The position numbers were made by a program, and so were the translations under genes. Below, in pieces: positions 1 to 11,100 of a DNA stretch of 64,000 nucleotides (positions are counted from its first letter, which is position 1; the number at the start of each line of letters is the position of its first letter). Origin of the DNA: Ramazzottius varieornatus (lineage: Eukaryota; Animalia; Tardigrada); contig BDGG01000015.1 of the NCBI GenBank assembly GCA_001949185.1, forward strand, positions 1,231,621 through 1,295,620, written 5' to 3'. The notes beneath the pieces are model-generated. The model ran no database searches, was not told the DNA's origin, and was given only the letters and a program-made list of their open reading frames with translations.

Positions 1-265
1 TCGTACGTACCTGTGCGATTCACGCCAAGGCCCTTTATTGACAATTTTTTACGGTTGAATTGTCAATATGCCATCTTTTACTGTTCCAAACTTTCCCTTC
101 GTGCATGTACTGTAAATAACGGGAGAAGGTGTTGTCGACAAAGACATGGAATGTAAATACACAATACGAGACAACCGAAAGAAAAACCTTAATTATACGT
201 CTTTGACTATCTGCTATAATATAACATGTCTGATCCCCACAGAGCCAAAAGCCACAGTTTGCCGA

Positions 266-1072
266 CTAAAAGAGGACATCGGCGTCGTTATCCTCGTCGA
301 TGATGTTGCGGACGTGATTGATCTTTTCTGCATACTTTCCTTGGCCGTGCAGACTTCCCTCCTGCTGCTGCTGCTGCTGCAGACTGGCCGCCGACTCTTT
401 CTCCTCTTTCTCCACTTTCTCCTTCCTGTCCCTTGCTTGCTTCTTCTTTTCCTGCACCTTCTTCAAGCGAAAGAATTCCTCTCGTTCACGTTCATCGAGT
501 TCGGAGACGATGTAGGCCAGGGTTCTTTCAATCTTGGGGATGATGACGTGCTCGATGGCGTTGACGCGACGATTGGTCACTTTGATCACTTCGTCCAGCG
601 TTACAAAGGATGTCTGCAAAGAAGCCAGATCCACCAGTAACTTTACGGCAGTCAGGTAGTTCTTCTTCAACTTGGCCACTTGCTGACCACCTTTGGCGAT
701 ACCCGTCAGCTCGTAACTGTCTGTGCCTTCGACGTAATGCTCGAAGACGGGAAGGTTGACACCAGCCACGTTATCCTTTCGAGTTCGTACTTTGATCTGC
801 GCCTTCGCCACACTCTGCAGCACAGTCTGGTTGACATCGCCAGCAGCAAACTTGGTCTCGGCCAGAGAGAAAGCGGCTTCTTTCATGACTTCACCCATCT
901 GTACCTTGGTCTCGATGATCTTCCCCAAGATGGCACGAAAACGCATCGTCAAAGCATCCGACTTCTTTTTCAACAGGGAATGACCTTTCTGGGCTCCTTT
1001 CAGACGCGTTTTCATCAAGGTCTGCGCCATACGCGAGGGGAAAATGTTGATCTTTTCATCCTTCCCAGACAT
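266..1072 (-). CDS. ATP6V1D: V-type proton ATPase subunit D (intronless, 268 aa)
   Basis: The ORF from ATG 1072 reads [46 protein letters not shown]...[59 protein letters not shown]...[10 protein letters not shown], the conserved Vma8/ATP6V1D sequence. The non-ATG upstream extension in the ORF track is not homologous. Confidence 0.97.
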   Translation of the reverse strand: MSGKDEKINIFPSRMAQTLMKTRLKGAQKGHSLLKKKSDALTMRFRAILGKIIETKVQMGEVMKEAAFSLAETKFAAGDVNQTVLQSVAKAQIKVRTRKDNVAGVNLPVFEHYVEGTDSYELTGIAKGGQQVAKLKKNYLTAVKLLVDLASLQTSFVTLDEVIKVTNRRVNAIEHVIIPKIERTLAYIVSELDEREREEFFRLKKVQEKKKQARDRKEKVEKEEKESAASLQQQQQQEGSLHGQGKYAEKINHVRNIIDEDNDADVLF

Positions 1073-1437
1073 CGTGCGCGGGTGGAGGCTTTGTGGAAGA
1101 TAGAGTTGTGAAAGAGTTGACTCGGAAGTCTCACTTGTCCAGGAAATGGACGACGCTCCCAGGTCGTCTGGATTCGTGCCAATCCAAGCAAGCGGTTCTG
1201 TTAGTCCATGGCTCCTACAAACAGGGTGGTTAGGAGAGCGGAATCGAGGAGAGGCAGGCGCAGAAGTGAGAAGGCGAAGAATCAAATCGGGGCATGTGAT
1301 GTGCTAGTAGCCTGCCAGGGCGGGCTGCTGCAGACAAGTTGGATAACTCATGTAAACAGTTGAGGCCCCGTGACCAGTTATTAGCGGTTGAACACCACGT
1401 GTCACAATATGTGTGAGCCTCCGGAAGTACGAACCAC

Positions 1438-1709
1438 TAGTGCTGGGATAAATACGATAAAATACGATATGATATTTTCTGATAAATATCTTTCAACATT
1501 TATATTTCGTTTTCAAGTGCGGGTTTGCGATTTATCGATATATAAGAAATATATCGATATACCGCGATATGATATTTCCATTTATCATATTCCGCTCCGC
1601 GATATTCCGTCCATATCGATATCTCGATATGATATTTTTGTCATATCGAATCACTGTGATGTGATATATTTCGAATAAGATACGATGTATCATATTTATC
1701 CCAGCACTA
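1438..1709. mobile_element. hAT-type MITE
   Basis: Terminal inverted repeats TAGTGCTGGGATAAATA...TATTTATCCCAGCACTA, an interior rich in CGATA/TATCG subterminal motifs, and flanks CGAACCAC / CGCGCCAC (8-bp TSD, 6/8 match). Confidence 0.85.
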
Positions 1710-1959
1710 CGCGCCACTAATACGCTTCTGTACCTCGCCGCATAGGTGGCTGCGCAGTAGAATCTTTAGACCAGCACCTGGCTGTAAGAAGTGGCAGCGT
1801 CAGGTGGCCACTCAGCTGCCAATCGTTGTCGAGCGTACTGCGGTCTTGTGACTTCGATAAAGTAATCAAATCAACAGCTGTTACAAGGGGCCACTTGCCC
1901 AGCTGTCACTGCTTACGGTCATTGGCTGATCTAGAGATTCTATTGCCCAACCACCTATG

Positions 1960-2127
1960 CCTCGCCGTGCCAGATACGGCGGAGAGTAGGAGACAGCCAG
2001 CCTGGCTTAAACGGTTGATTGATTGCATTAGGCGAATATTAAGAATTTCAGACGGAGTGAGCATTTGCGTCAGAGTACTCGTCATCGATCAACGACCACA
2101 CAACCAACTCAATAAATAAATAAAACC
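1960..2127 (+). repeat. Possible 3' end of a non-LTR retroelement-like repeat with an (ATAA)n tail
   Basis: Shares TTGATTGATTGC.TTA.GCGAATAT and CGTCATCGA.CA..ACCA with 61840-61976. Both copies end in simple-repeat tails. Confidence 0.4.
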
Positions 2128-4310
2128 ATTTGAACAAACCTTTCCGTCGGACTCTCACGGGAAAGCCATTACACCGGGAACTGCGGGAAGCATTTTTCGG
2201 TTGTTTTAGATCTCTGCAAGGATGTAGTAAGGGAGGGGGGAGCAATCTGCAAATTGGTGTCTGCCTTTGGCTTGCCAATCTTATTGATCCATTCTGGAGT
2301 GGTAGGTCGTCTTCTCACTTCGTGATCCTCCTCTCCAGCCTTCAACTCTTTCACAAGAGTCTTCTAGCGCGGTGCGAAAAAACGATGGTTCCGAGCACTG
2401 GAACCGAGGCAACAACCTCGACAAGATTCAAGTGGCGCACGCGGCACGCATCACGTTCGGAAAAGCTTGTCAATGGCATATTCCAGTGGCAGCCGTGAAA
2501 CGGTGTAACCGGTAAAGTTGATAAAGTTAGCCCTACAGCAAGACTGGTGAATTTATTGAAAGAGTTTTGCGAGAGCTCCGCCCACAAAAGCTGGCCTTCC
2601 AGTGAAGCTTTAGAATGAATCATAGACCACTTGAGTCATCGTAGAAAGCTGTTCAGGCATTCTAAAGCCCTTAAATTGGAGCAAACTATGACAAGCCTGA
2701 GCTTATGGCGGAAGATCAAAATGAAATTTCTTGGCACCGAAAGTGGTCTCTACCAATAATCATCTGTTGTTCGTACAGGCATAGTGCAACATTATACCCT
2801 GTTGATCGTGCAGTGCCGTCAAGTGTTACTGTCAACAGGGTTATCAATTCCGTATTAATCAATACGCCAATATCTTCGAATGATTAGTACAAAATTGATT
2901 GATTAAATCTGAAATCACGACTCATGACTCATCAAAAACTTGGACAAATTGTCAAAATAACTAAAAAAATCGGGGAATCAACCTAAGGGACTGTGCTCCG
3001 TGCTGTCTGGAGCTCGAGCTTCCTCTTCTGCAAGCCTATACTAAGATTTTGCTTCAAAAACGAGAGAGATCTTGTTTCGCCGGTGGCTTCTGCTGTTCTT
3101 TCGCCTATTTGCTGGATAAGGCTGAATGCTTCGTTCCCGAAGGGACCGAAAGTTTTTTGTTCAAGTAGACTTTTTCTTTTTGGGTTCTTTGCCCTGTAGA
3201 ATAATAATATCGCGAAGTACCGTACGCAGCTGAGGAACCTCCAAGAGCCCCACTTTCGCTGAGCGGAATAGTTTTTGCGAAACTGATTCTGCTGAGATTG
3301 ATTCTGCTGTAACTTCGAAATCCGTGTGACTACTAAGGTCCTACAACCAGTTCGCACGATCGTCAGGTTATACCGAGGTACTAGCGGGTGCTGTGCCATC
3401 GGTGTGCAATTTCTTGGAGGTCGTGGAACCTCTTCGGAGAAAATCACGGGTTTCGGCTCTACCTATTAGCGGCTCTACTCTATTAGCGTAGTTCAGGAAT
3501 ATCGTGGTTCATCCCAGTGGGTGAGACTTTTATTGAAGACAATAGTCTACGCTCAAAAATGAGGAAGCAGCGGCACAAAATGAAACAAATATTATGCACA
3601 CATACTACACAGAAATTTCCTTCTTTGAGTTCGTCACGCACACCGCGGTCCCCCTGGACTCCTCTAGTTCCTGCAGTCACCTTGCGCAAGCTGGTTTGGT
3701 TCCTCTAAATTCGCATTACAGTCAGGCATTGTGATTGTACCTGTTGTACAAGGCAAAGGTCCTAACCTTGCTAGCGCATCAACTATGCTAATATGCGTCG
3801 TGCCTACGTCACACCTTAAAGTGTCCACAAATTTCTCGTGACGTATGCCAGCAACGTTGTAAGCGCCAGAAAAGTTAGGACGGTTTCCTCGTACCCGTCA
3901 GGCATCTCTGCTAAAATGCTCGTTCTCGACCAGTACCTACCCGTACCTACCCGTCAGGCGTTGCTTAAACGAATGATATTGCTCGAATAATTCGTACCAC
4001 ATGACTTTGTCGGGTACTTTGTCCAGGGTTGATGGGTGTTTATCACCTATGTACAGATGGTGCTGAATCAGCGTGCATTTTGGCACGCCGTTATTTGCAA
4101 ACGGCGAGGTTGCGAAACACTTCATTCAGAATTTCAGATTGCTGCTCATAAAATCCATTCAATCCGCACAACTACGTCTGTTATCAATTCCGTTCTCTCG
4201 TTCTGTTCCCGGCGTCGTCCATTCTTGTCTAGGAGCGGGATCAGGTGGACCATTTGCGTCCGGAAGAGAAGCAGGATGTTGTGAAGTTTACCGCAAGCAC
4301 CGAACGGACC

Positions 4311-7300
4311 ATGAAGTTTGCGTATAAGGTAAGTCCAACCGGAAGTGTAACTGCGTCGCCGTATACGCATATAGTCAGCCCTGGGCGATTTTGTTAACAT
4401 GAACCATTTATATGTTGATCGGTTTTACAGTTCCAGAATCTGTTGGGGACCGTCTACAATCAAGGGAATATCGTCTTCACCTCGGACGACAATGGAGTGT
4501 TGAGTGCGGTGGGGAATCGGATCAGCGCGTTTGATCTGAAACGGTATACATGCGTGCGTTCACCGAAGGGTTTCTTCGGGGCTTCCATTTCGGGTTCTTC
4601 GAATTCTAGTCGATGCCAAATATTCGCGTGTTTGCAGGAATCGATCACAGACGCTCCCGGTGGAAAGCCACAAAAGCTTTACCTGTATCGCTTTATCTCC
4701 GACTAGCCCGATAATCATCGCCGTCGACGAAGGTACACTGTTGAACATACTTCTCAGCTAACGATTGACCTACCGCTGGTATTTTGCTGCTTATTACAGA
4801 TGGGGAAGCTCTGGTAATCAGTCTGGTGAGCAAGACCATTCTTCACCGACATCGTTTCAATCGCAAAATCTATGATGTCCAATTCAGCCCCGATGGACGG
4901 TAAGCCGCTTTACGCACGGTCCTTCCGCTGTTTTCAAATCATGCAATACTTTTTGCTCACTAGCTTCAGCTTCGCTAAATGTCCAAAAATTGTCTTGTAG
5001 GAGGTTTGCTGTGACCTTTGAGCAGAATGTGCGGATATTCACAGCACCTGGCCAGCGGTCGGTCGACTTCAACCCTTTCCATTTGGAGAGAGAATTTTAC
5101 GGGTCCCACGACGAGACGACCTGCATCGACTGGACTAGTGACTCCAAGTAAGCTGACGGCTACAACCTGTTTTGTCTGTAGCACAGGCGTATACCTGCGT
5201 GTCAGATTCTGTTTGCCATTTAGAGTCTTTGCCGTCGGAGCGAAAGATATGAACACTCGTATTTACCCCGTGGCTCGCTGTCCCAACTTGGGCGTCTACA
5301 GTCTCGGCGGACACAGCGATGTCATCTTGAACTGCTTCTTCGCAAGAAACTCGCTGGCTGTGAGTCTTTTATGCTCGTAACTGATGGGTTGTCATAAGGT
5401 AGGCACAGTGAGATGTGCTTAACTGAAGTTTAATGTGCGGTGAAATCGTAGCTTTATACGCTGAGTCGGAGTGGACAGTTGTGCGTCTGGGACTGCGATA
5501 CCTCCCTGCAGGAGCTATGGACAGACGATGCCGAGGAGCAACAACCCGAGACGATAACGAATGATCCTCTGACGGAGCACCGGCCGACGGATGGTGACGA
5601 GCAGCCGCAGGCAGAGTGGCAACCTAAGCGTCGTAACAGAATTGTCTACACGAAGAAGGCGAGACATTACTACAGGGAGCTGTCGAAGGACCAGAGCAAC
5701 GTTACATCGTCCTGTTTTCACAAAGACACAAAGTTGCTGGTTGCTGGTCTATCCAATGGATCCTTCTTCCTCCATGAAATGCCGGACTTTACTCTGATAC
5801 ATTCCTTGAGGTATGTTGTTGGGTTTTCTAGCTTAGAGACTTGACCGTCAGCGGTAGTGCAGGCGCTTTGACATTGCAGCCTAGGTGAGCAGAGCATCAC
5901 GTCGTGCACCTTCAACCGTGGCGGAGAATGGTTGGCGCTGGCAACTGCAGGCTTGGGCCAGCTGATTGTCTGGGAATGGCAGAGCCAGGTTTTTGTGCTG
6001 AAGCAGCAAGGACACTACGACCAGTTACTGTCTCTGGCCTATTCACCCGATGGACCGTATCTTGCTACTGGTGGCTCGGATGGCAAGGTGATGCCCTGCC
6101 TTTCTCCCCAGTTTTTTTAACCATATCAGGCTTTCGCCTTGAGGGCTTCCACTCATACAGTCTATCTTTTCCAGGTGAAACTATGGAACACCACTTCCGG
6201 CTTCTCCTTTGTAACCTTCACTGAGCATACATCATCAGTCACAGCTCTACAGTTTACACAGAATGGACGAGCTGTTCTGTCGGCTTCGCTGGATGGGACA
6301 GTCCGTGCTTACGACATGATGAGGTGAATTCAGTACTGCCAGTCAGAAACCTGGATGGTACCAGCGTTTGGAGAGAAAGTCCCTCCTCCAGATAATAGGC
6401 TTGACTCTCTTTCAGGTATCGCAACTTTCGGACATTGGCATCTCCTCGACCGGCGCAGTTCAGTTGCATGGCGGTGGACTACAGTGGAGAAGTGGTGGCC
6501 GCCGGAAGTCGGGACTCCTTTGAGGTCTTTGTCTGGTCCCTACAGACGGGCAGATTGTTGGAGGTCCTCAGTGGCCATGAAGCTCCAGTCAGTGGAGTGG
6601 CCTTTGGCTCTGCCGCTGACAAGCAACTGCTGGTCACTTCTTCCTGGGACCAGACTGTCCGTCTCTGGGATATCTTCCAGGCCAAGGTTCAGTCCGAAGT
6701 CATCCGAGTTTACGCAGAAGGTACAAACTTCAAAGTCCAGTGTTGGCTGTCAACTGGGGTAATCTGTAATGATATTACCTGTTTCTTTCAGCTCTAACGG
6801 TTGCCTTCCGCCCTGATGGAAACGAGGTTGCAGTGTGCGATCTGAACTCAAAGATCCACTTCTTTGATCCAAGCACAACCGAACAGACTGGCCTGATAGA
6901 GGCCAAAGCTGATCTGGGCAACTTCCGAAGGGACCAAGATCTGGTTTGTGGGAAAACGGCATCGAAGGGACGGTAAGTATGGGGAAGTACTTGTTTTGTC
7001 AGGCTGAATGGGCTTAGTAGTCATAATGTCTCCTTGTGGCAGCTCATTCACGACGATATGTTACTCAGCCGACGGTTCTGTGATCCTTGTTGGAGGGCGC
7101 AGCAAATACATTTGTGTCTACCACACCAAAGAGCACATCCTGCTTCGTCGATTTGCTGTGTCGCAAAACTGGTCTTTCACGGGCATGACGGTAAGGAAGG
7201 AGCTCATTTACAACCTGCTGTCGTAAAACAGCTGATGACCTCTTGCTACCTTTAGGAATTCTTGAGTAAGCGAAGCAACACCGAGCTGGGACAGCGAGGG

Positions 7301-8206
7301 ACAATGGACCTGGCCCAGAACGATTCCGACAAGATGCGAATGAGTCTTCCGGGAGTTCGGGCCGGTGACATGTCATCTAGACACTTCCGACCGGAAGTGG
7401 TTGTCTATGGCCTCCAGTTCTCTCCTACAGGTCAGCGCTGCCTTGCGAATGTATCAACTGTAGCCAGTGGGCGCTTTAATGGTCCATCGCCATCTTTGCA
7501 GGTCAGTCATGGGCGGCTTGTAGTACAGAAGGCCTGCTGATTTACTCCACACAGAGGGACGAGCTTTTCGATCCCTTCGACCTCGACCCAACCATCACAC
7601 CTCAAGCTACTCGTCACTTGATGCATGGGCCATCCCCAGATCCGGGCAGAGCTCTTGTCATGGCCCTTCGCTTGAACCAAACCAAGCTGATGGCGGAGGT
7701 GATCGAAAGCATTGACAAGTCCGAAAGTGCGTTCGTTGGCCCACCTTTATACCATCATTCCTCTTTCAGATGACTGAATGTGCTCTTTTGCAGTTTTACT
7801 CATCGTTCAGATCCTGTCCGATAAGTACACCAAGCTGCTACTGACTTTCTGCGCCATGCAACTGGAGACGTCGCCGCACCTTGAATTCTACCTGATGTGG
7901 ATCAAAACAGCCCTCTTCGTACATGGAAAGAAGCTCAAGTCTCACTCTTCCAACATCATGCCCATCCTGCATACGCTGCAGAAGGCCTTGTTGCGAAAGA
8001 AAGACGACGTATTACGACTGTAAGGGACGCTGTCCACTGTTTTACCGTCCTTTGACGTTTCTTAACGTTGGACTTTTTGCAGAACGCAGAGAAATGTGGC
8101 GACGTTAGACTACGCGGAAACGATGCTCAAACTTTCCCTGGAAGAAAAGAAGTCGAGACCGGTTGATGAAGAAATGGAACCACTCGATGATCACAGTTTG
8201 CGCTAG
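4311..8206 (+). CDS. PWP2: Periodic tryptophan protein 2 homolog (WD40, SSU processome UTP1), multi-exon
   Basis: The spliced start reads MKFAYK|FQNLLGTVYNQGNIVFTSDDNGVLSAVGNRISAFDLK. Internal motifs include GQLIVWEWQSQVFVLKQQGH, ATGGSDGKVKLWNTTSGFSFVTFTEHTSSVT, SASLDGTVRAYDM, VWSLQTGRLLEVLSGHEAPVS and SPHLEFYLMWI. Stop TAG at 8204-8206. Confidence 0.96.
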
Positions 8207-8473
8207 TCTTGAGGATTCGTTCGAGCTTTACGGAAGACTTTGTTAATTCTGTGGTTATTTATGTGCACCGACAGACACAAAGTTGCTCTGAAAATCAGCA
8301 GGTCGACAGCACACTCAAACACCGATTCACGGTCACAGGAACGCCGTACATGGACAAGAAAATCTATCCGCTGCCAAATAGGTATCGATACAAATGACAG
8401 AATAACTTGAAAAAGCTTTGACCGGGAAGTGACAAAAGACTGACGCTTCTGAATGCTGACCGTCTATCTTACG

Positions 8474-10681
8474 TTACTTTGATTCCGAAAGTGTGGCCAC
8501 ACCGGGTAGATTCTTGCCTGCCAACAATAAAATTCAGCATCTGTGAAATACGGAAGGAATAGCCCTGGTACCGATGAATGAAACAAACCTTCCAGCAGTT
8601 CCAAGCTGGCACCTCCGCCGGTGCTGACGTGTGTCACCTTGTCCTCAGCGCCAAAGTTAGCCGCAGCGGTGGCAGTATCGCCTCCACCGATGACGGTGGT
8701 GGCGCCCTGCTTCGTCGCCTCGATGACGGCATCCATGACGGCCTTGGTGCCTTTAGCAAACTTCTCCCATTCGAACACTCCCACCGGCCTATACAAGTAC
8801 CTTATGGACTATTTTCACTCTTCAGGCTAAAAGCTCGGCATGTTTGAAGTGATCGTACCCGTTCCAGATGATGAGTTTAGCTCTCTTGATAACTTCAGTA
8901 AACTGCTTGATGGTCTCTGGGCCGCAATCCATGCCCATCTGGTTGTCTGCAATACCTTCGCTGGCTGTGGCCGCCCCAACTGGAGTGTCTTTGTCGAACT
9001 TCTCTCCCGTGACGAAATCGACCGGCAGATGGATTTTGACGTTCTTCGTCTTGGCCTTATCCATCAGCTTCTCAACGATTTTCGATCCTTCCTCGTCGAA
9101 GAGAGATGTGCCAATCTGCAACACAGCAGATACGCCTCGTCTCTGACCGAACTCTAACAGCAGTGGCCATTTTGTTGTCAACATCATCATAGCCCCCTAC
9201 CTTCATTCCGTTGAGCTGCTTTAGGAAGGTGAAAGCCATGCCTCCGCCAATGATCAACTCGTCGACCTTGTCCAGCAGGTTCTCGATCAACTGAATTTTG
9301 TCCTTGACTTTGGCCCTGTAACAAGACCCCTTAGCCGGGTTACTGCCAAAGTGTACTCGTACTCGTATAATAGACCAGTTTATTATGGGTTGGAATTTTA
9401 CCCTCCAAGAATTGCCAGGAAGGGGTGATCCGGCTTCTCCAAGCATTTGGAGAAAACTTCCAGTTCCTTCTTCATCAGGAAGCCGGCAGCTCTCTGCTCA
9501 AGCTTGATGCCGGTGACTGAACTGCAGGGGTGAACAACAAGGCTTGATGAAGGCTGCTAACCGGCGATACTGGCGCGGAATATTGTATATATACGGTCAC
9601 GTCTCACGGGCACCCGTGGCCCGACTTTTCTTCCTTGTATTTTTTGAACCGGTGGTCCAGTTTCTGTGGTTCGAACACTATCCCGTAGAAAACAGCTTAA
9701 ACGTCTCCATCACGTGACACAGTTCAGTCAACAATTCAAACAATCAAGCAGTGAGCACCGGTGGGCAGCCATGGAAATAAGGGGTATATTTGGCTGCTCA
9801 TCTCTCGTCACGTCACGGTCACGTGACAGGTTCAGAGAAGAGTCTTATTGACTGGACTGTGTCACGTGATGGAGAAGTTTAAGCTGCTTTGTAGGCGATG
9901 GTGTTTGAATTACAGAAACTACAACCATCGGTTCAAAAGATACAAGGAAGCAAAGTCAGGCCATGGGTGCCCGCGATCCGTGAGGCGTGACTGTAGTGCG
10001 GATACCTGTGAGCTCTGTGGGCCGTTCCGAAAGCATCGTTGACGTACACATCGCCCAGCTTTGTCAAGGACTGCTGAAACTCCTCCATCTTCCCCTTGTC
10101 AGCCTTGATCTTCTTACCGCTGTCATCGACGGAGCTTCCTTCTTCCTCAGCATGAAATCGCACATTTTCCAGGAGGATGACCTCCCCGTCGCAGGCATTC
10201 TTGCACTTCTCTTCCACTTCCGGTCCGACACAATCCGACAAGAACGTCACCTCCCTACGAAGAAACTCGCTAACTTATTTCTGTAGAGCTAACTGTGCTG
10301 CAGACTTCTAGTGAGGTAAAGCATACTTGTTCAAGAGCCTCTTCAACTCCTCCGCCACCGGCTTTAGGGAATATTTATCTTTCTTCTGTCCGTCCGGCCG
10401 TCCAAGATGGCTCATCAAGACAACACTCTTCGCTCCATTGTCCAACGCATACTTGATAGACGGAATCGCAGCAGTGATTCTGGCAGCATGCAGCACAATT
10501 ATTCAAGGTCCAAGATACAGGGAGAACAAGCAAATTGCCAAATTGATATTGATGCCTACCGCTGGTTGTTGGTGATGGCAAGAGTCGACTTGTCTTGCGG
10601 CACATTGAAGTCCACCCGCATCAACACCCGCTTTCCCTTCACATCCAGCTTGTCAATGGTTAGCTTGTTGGACAACGACAT
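8474..10681 (-). CDS. PGK: Phosphoglycerate kinase, multi-exon
   Basis: Reads [83 protein letters not shown] and [15 protein letters not shown]|[13 protein letters not shown]. Confidence 0.98.
9594..9993. mobile_element. TA-TSD MITE (Tc1/mariner-pogo type) with about 140-bp imperfect TIRs, inside a PGK intron
   Basis: TA|CGGTCACGTCTCACG...TCACGTGACACAGTTCAGTCAA (9594-9731) is the imperfect reverse complement of 9848-9993, which ends GGCGTGACTG|TA. It occupies 400 bp of the 484-bp intron 9522-10005. Confidence 0.88.
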
Positions 10682-11100
10682 CTTCAAGCGCTGAAGCCCA
10701 GACCTTTGGGCAAATGCTGCCACACTTCCTAAGGAGAAGAAACCTCTAAACTGGGCGGAAAAAAATGAAGACAGGTTTGTTTGGGAAACGGCAATGAGAG
10801 AATCTGTCGAACAGCTGATCGCTTGTCATGATGGAACGCTCGCTCCTCTAGTTCCCTCACAAATGGAACGGTGAATATGGGTGACGTAGCGGAACGGATC
10901 GAATTTGCACGCGGTCGCTACAGATTTGCTGGAGCGAAGACGACTTGAGCGACAGCAGCAACCATAGCTGTTTCTCCCTCCTCATGGACGAGATTCTGGA
11001 TCACTGATAGCCCATTTATATACTTGATACCTTGGCACAAACGCTGAAAAATACTGGGGGAACAGATTTTGCTGCAGGCTGCAGAGAAGCTGATCGAACA

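Noticed and set aside
146-1111. Long + strand ORFs opposite ATP6V1D, and similar antisense ORFs such as 26713-27555 and 52815-53315
   Set aside because: They are shadows of real coding exons on the other strand.
1073-1285. 71-aa N-terminal extension of the V-ATPase D ORF
   Set aside because: It has a non-ATG start and no homology; the conserved protein begins at MSGKD (1072).
1290-1405. CATGTG/CACGTG boxes upstream of V-ATPase D as MiT/TFE sites
   Set aside because: Flanks do not match the TCA(C/T)GTGA consensus, and such hexamers are expected by chance.
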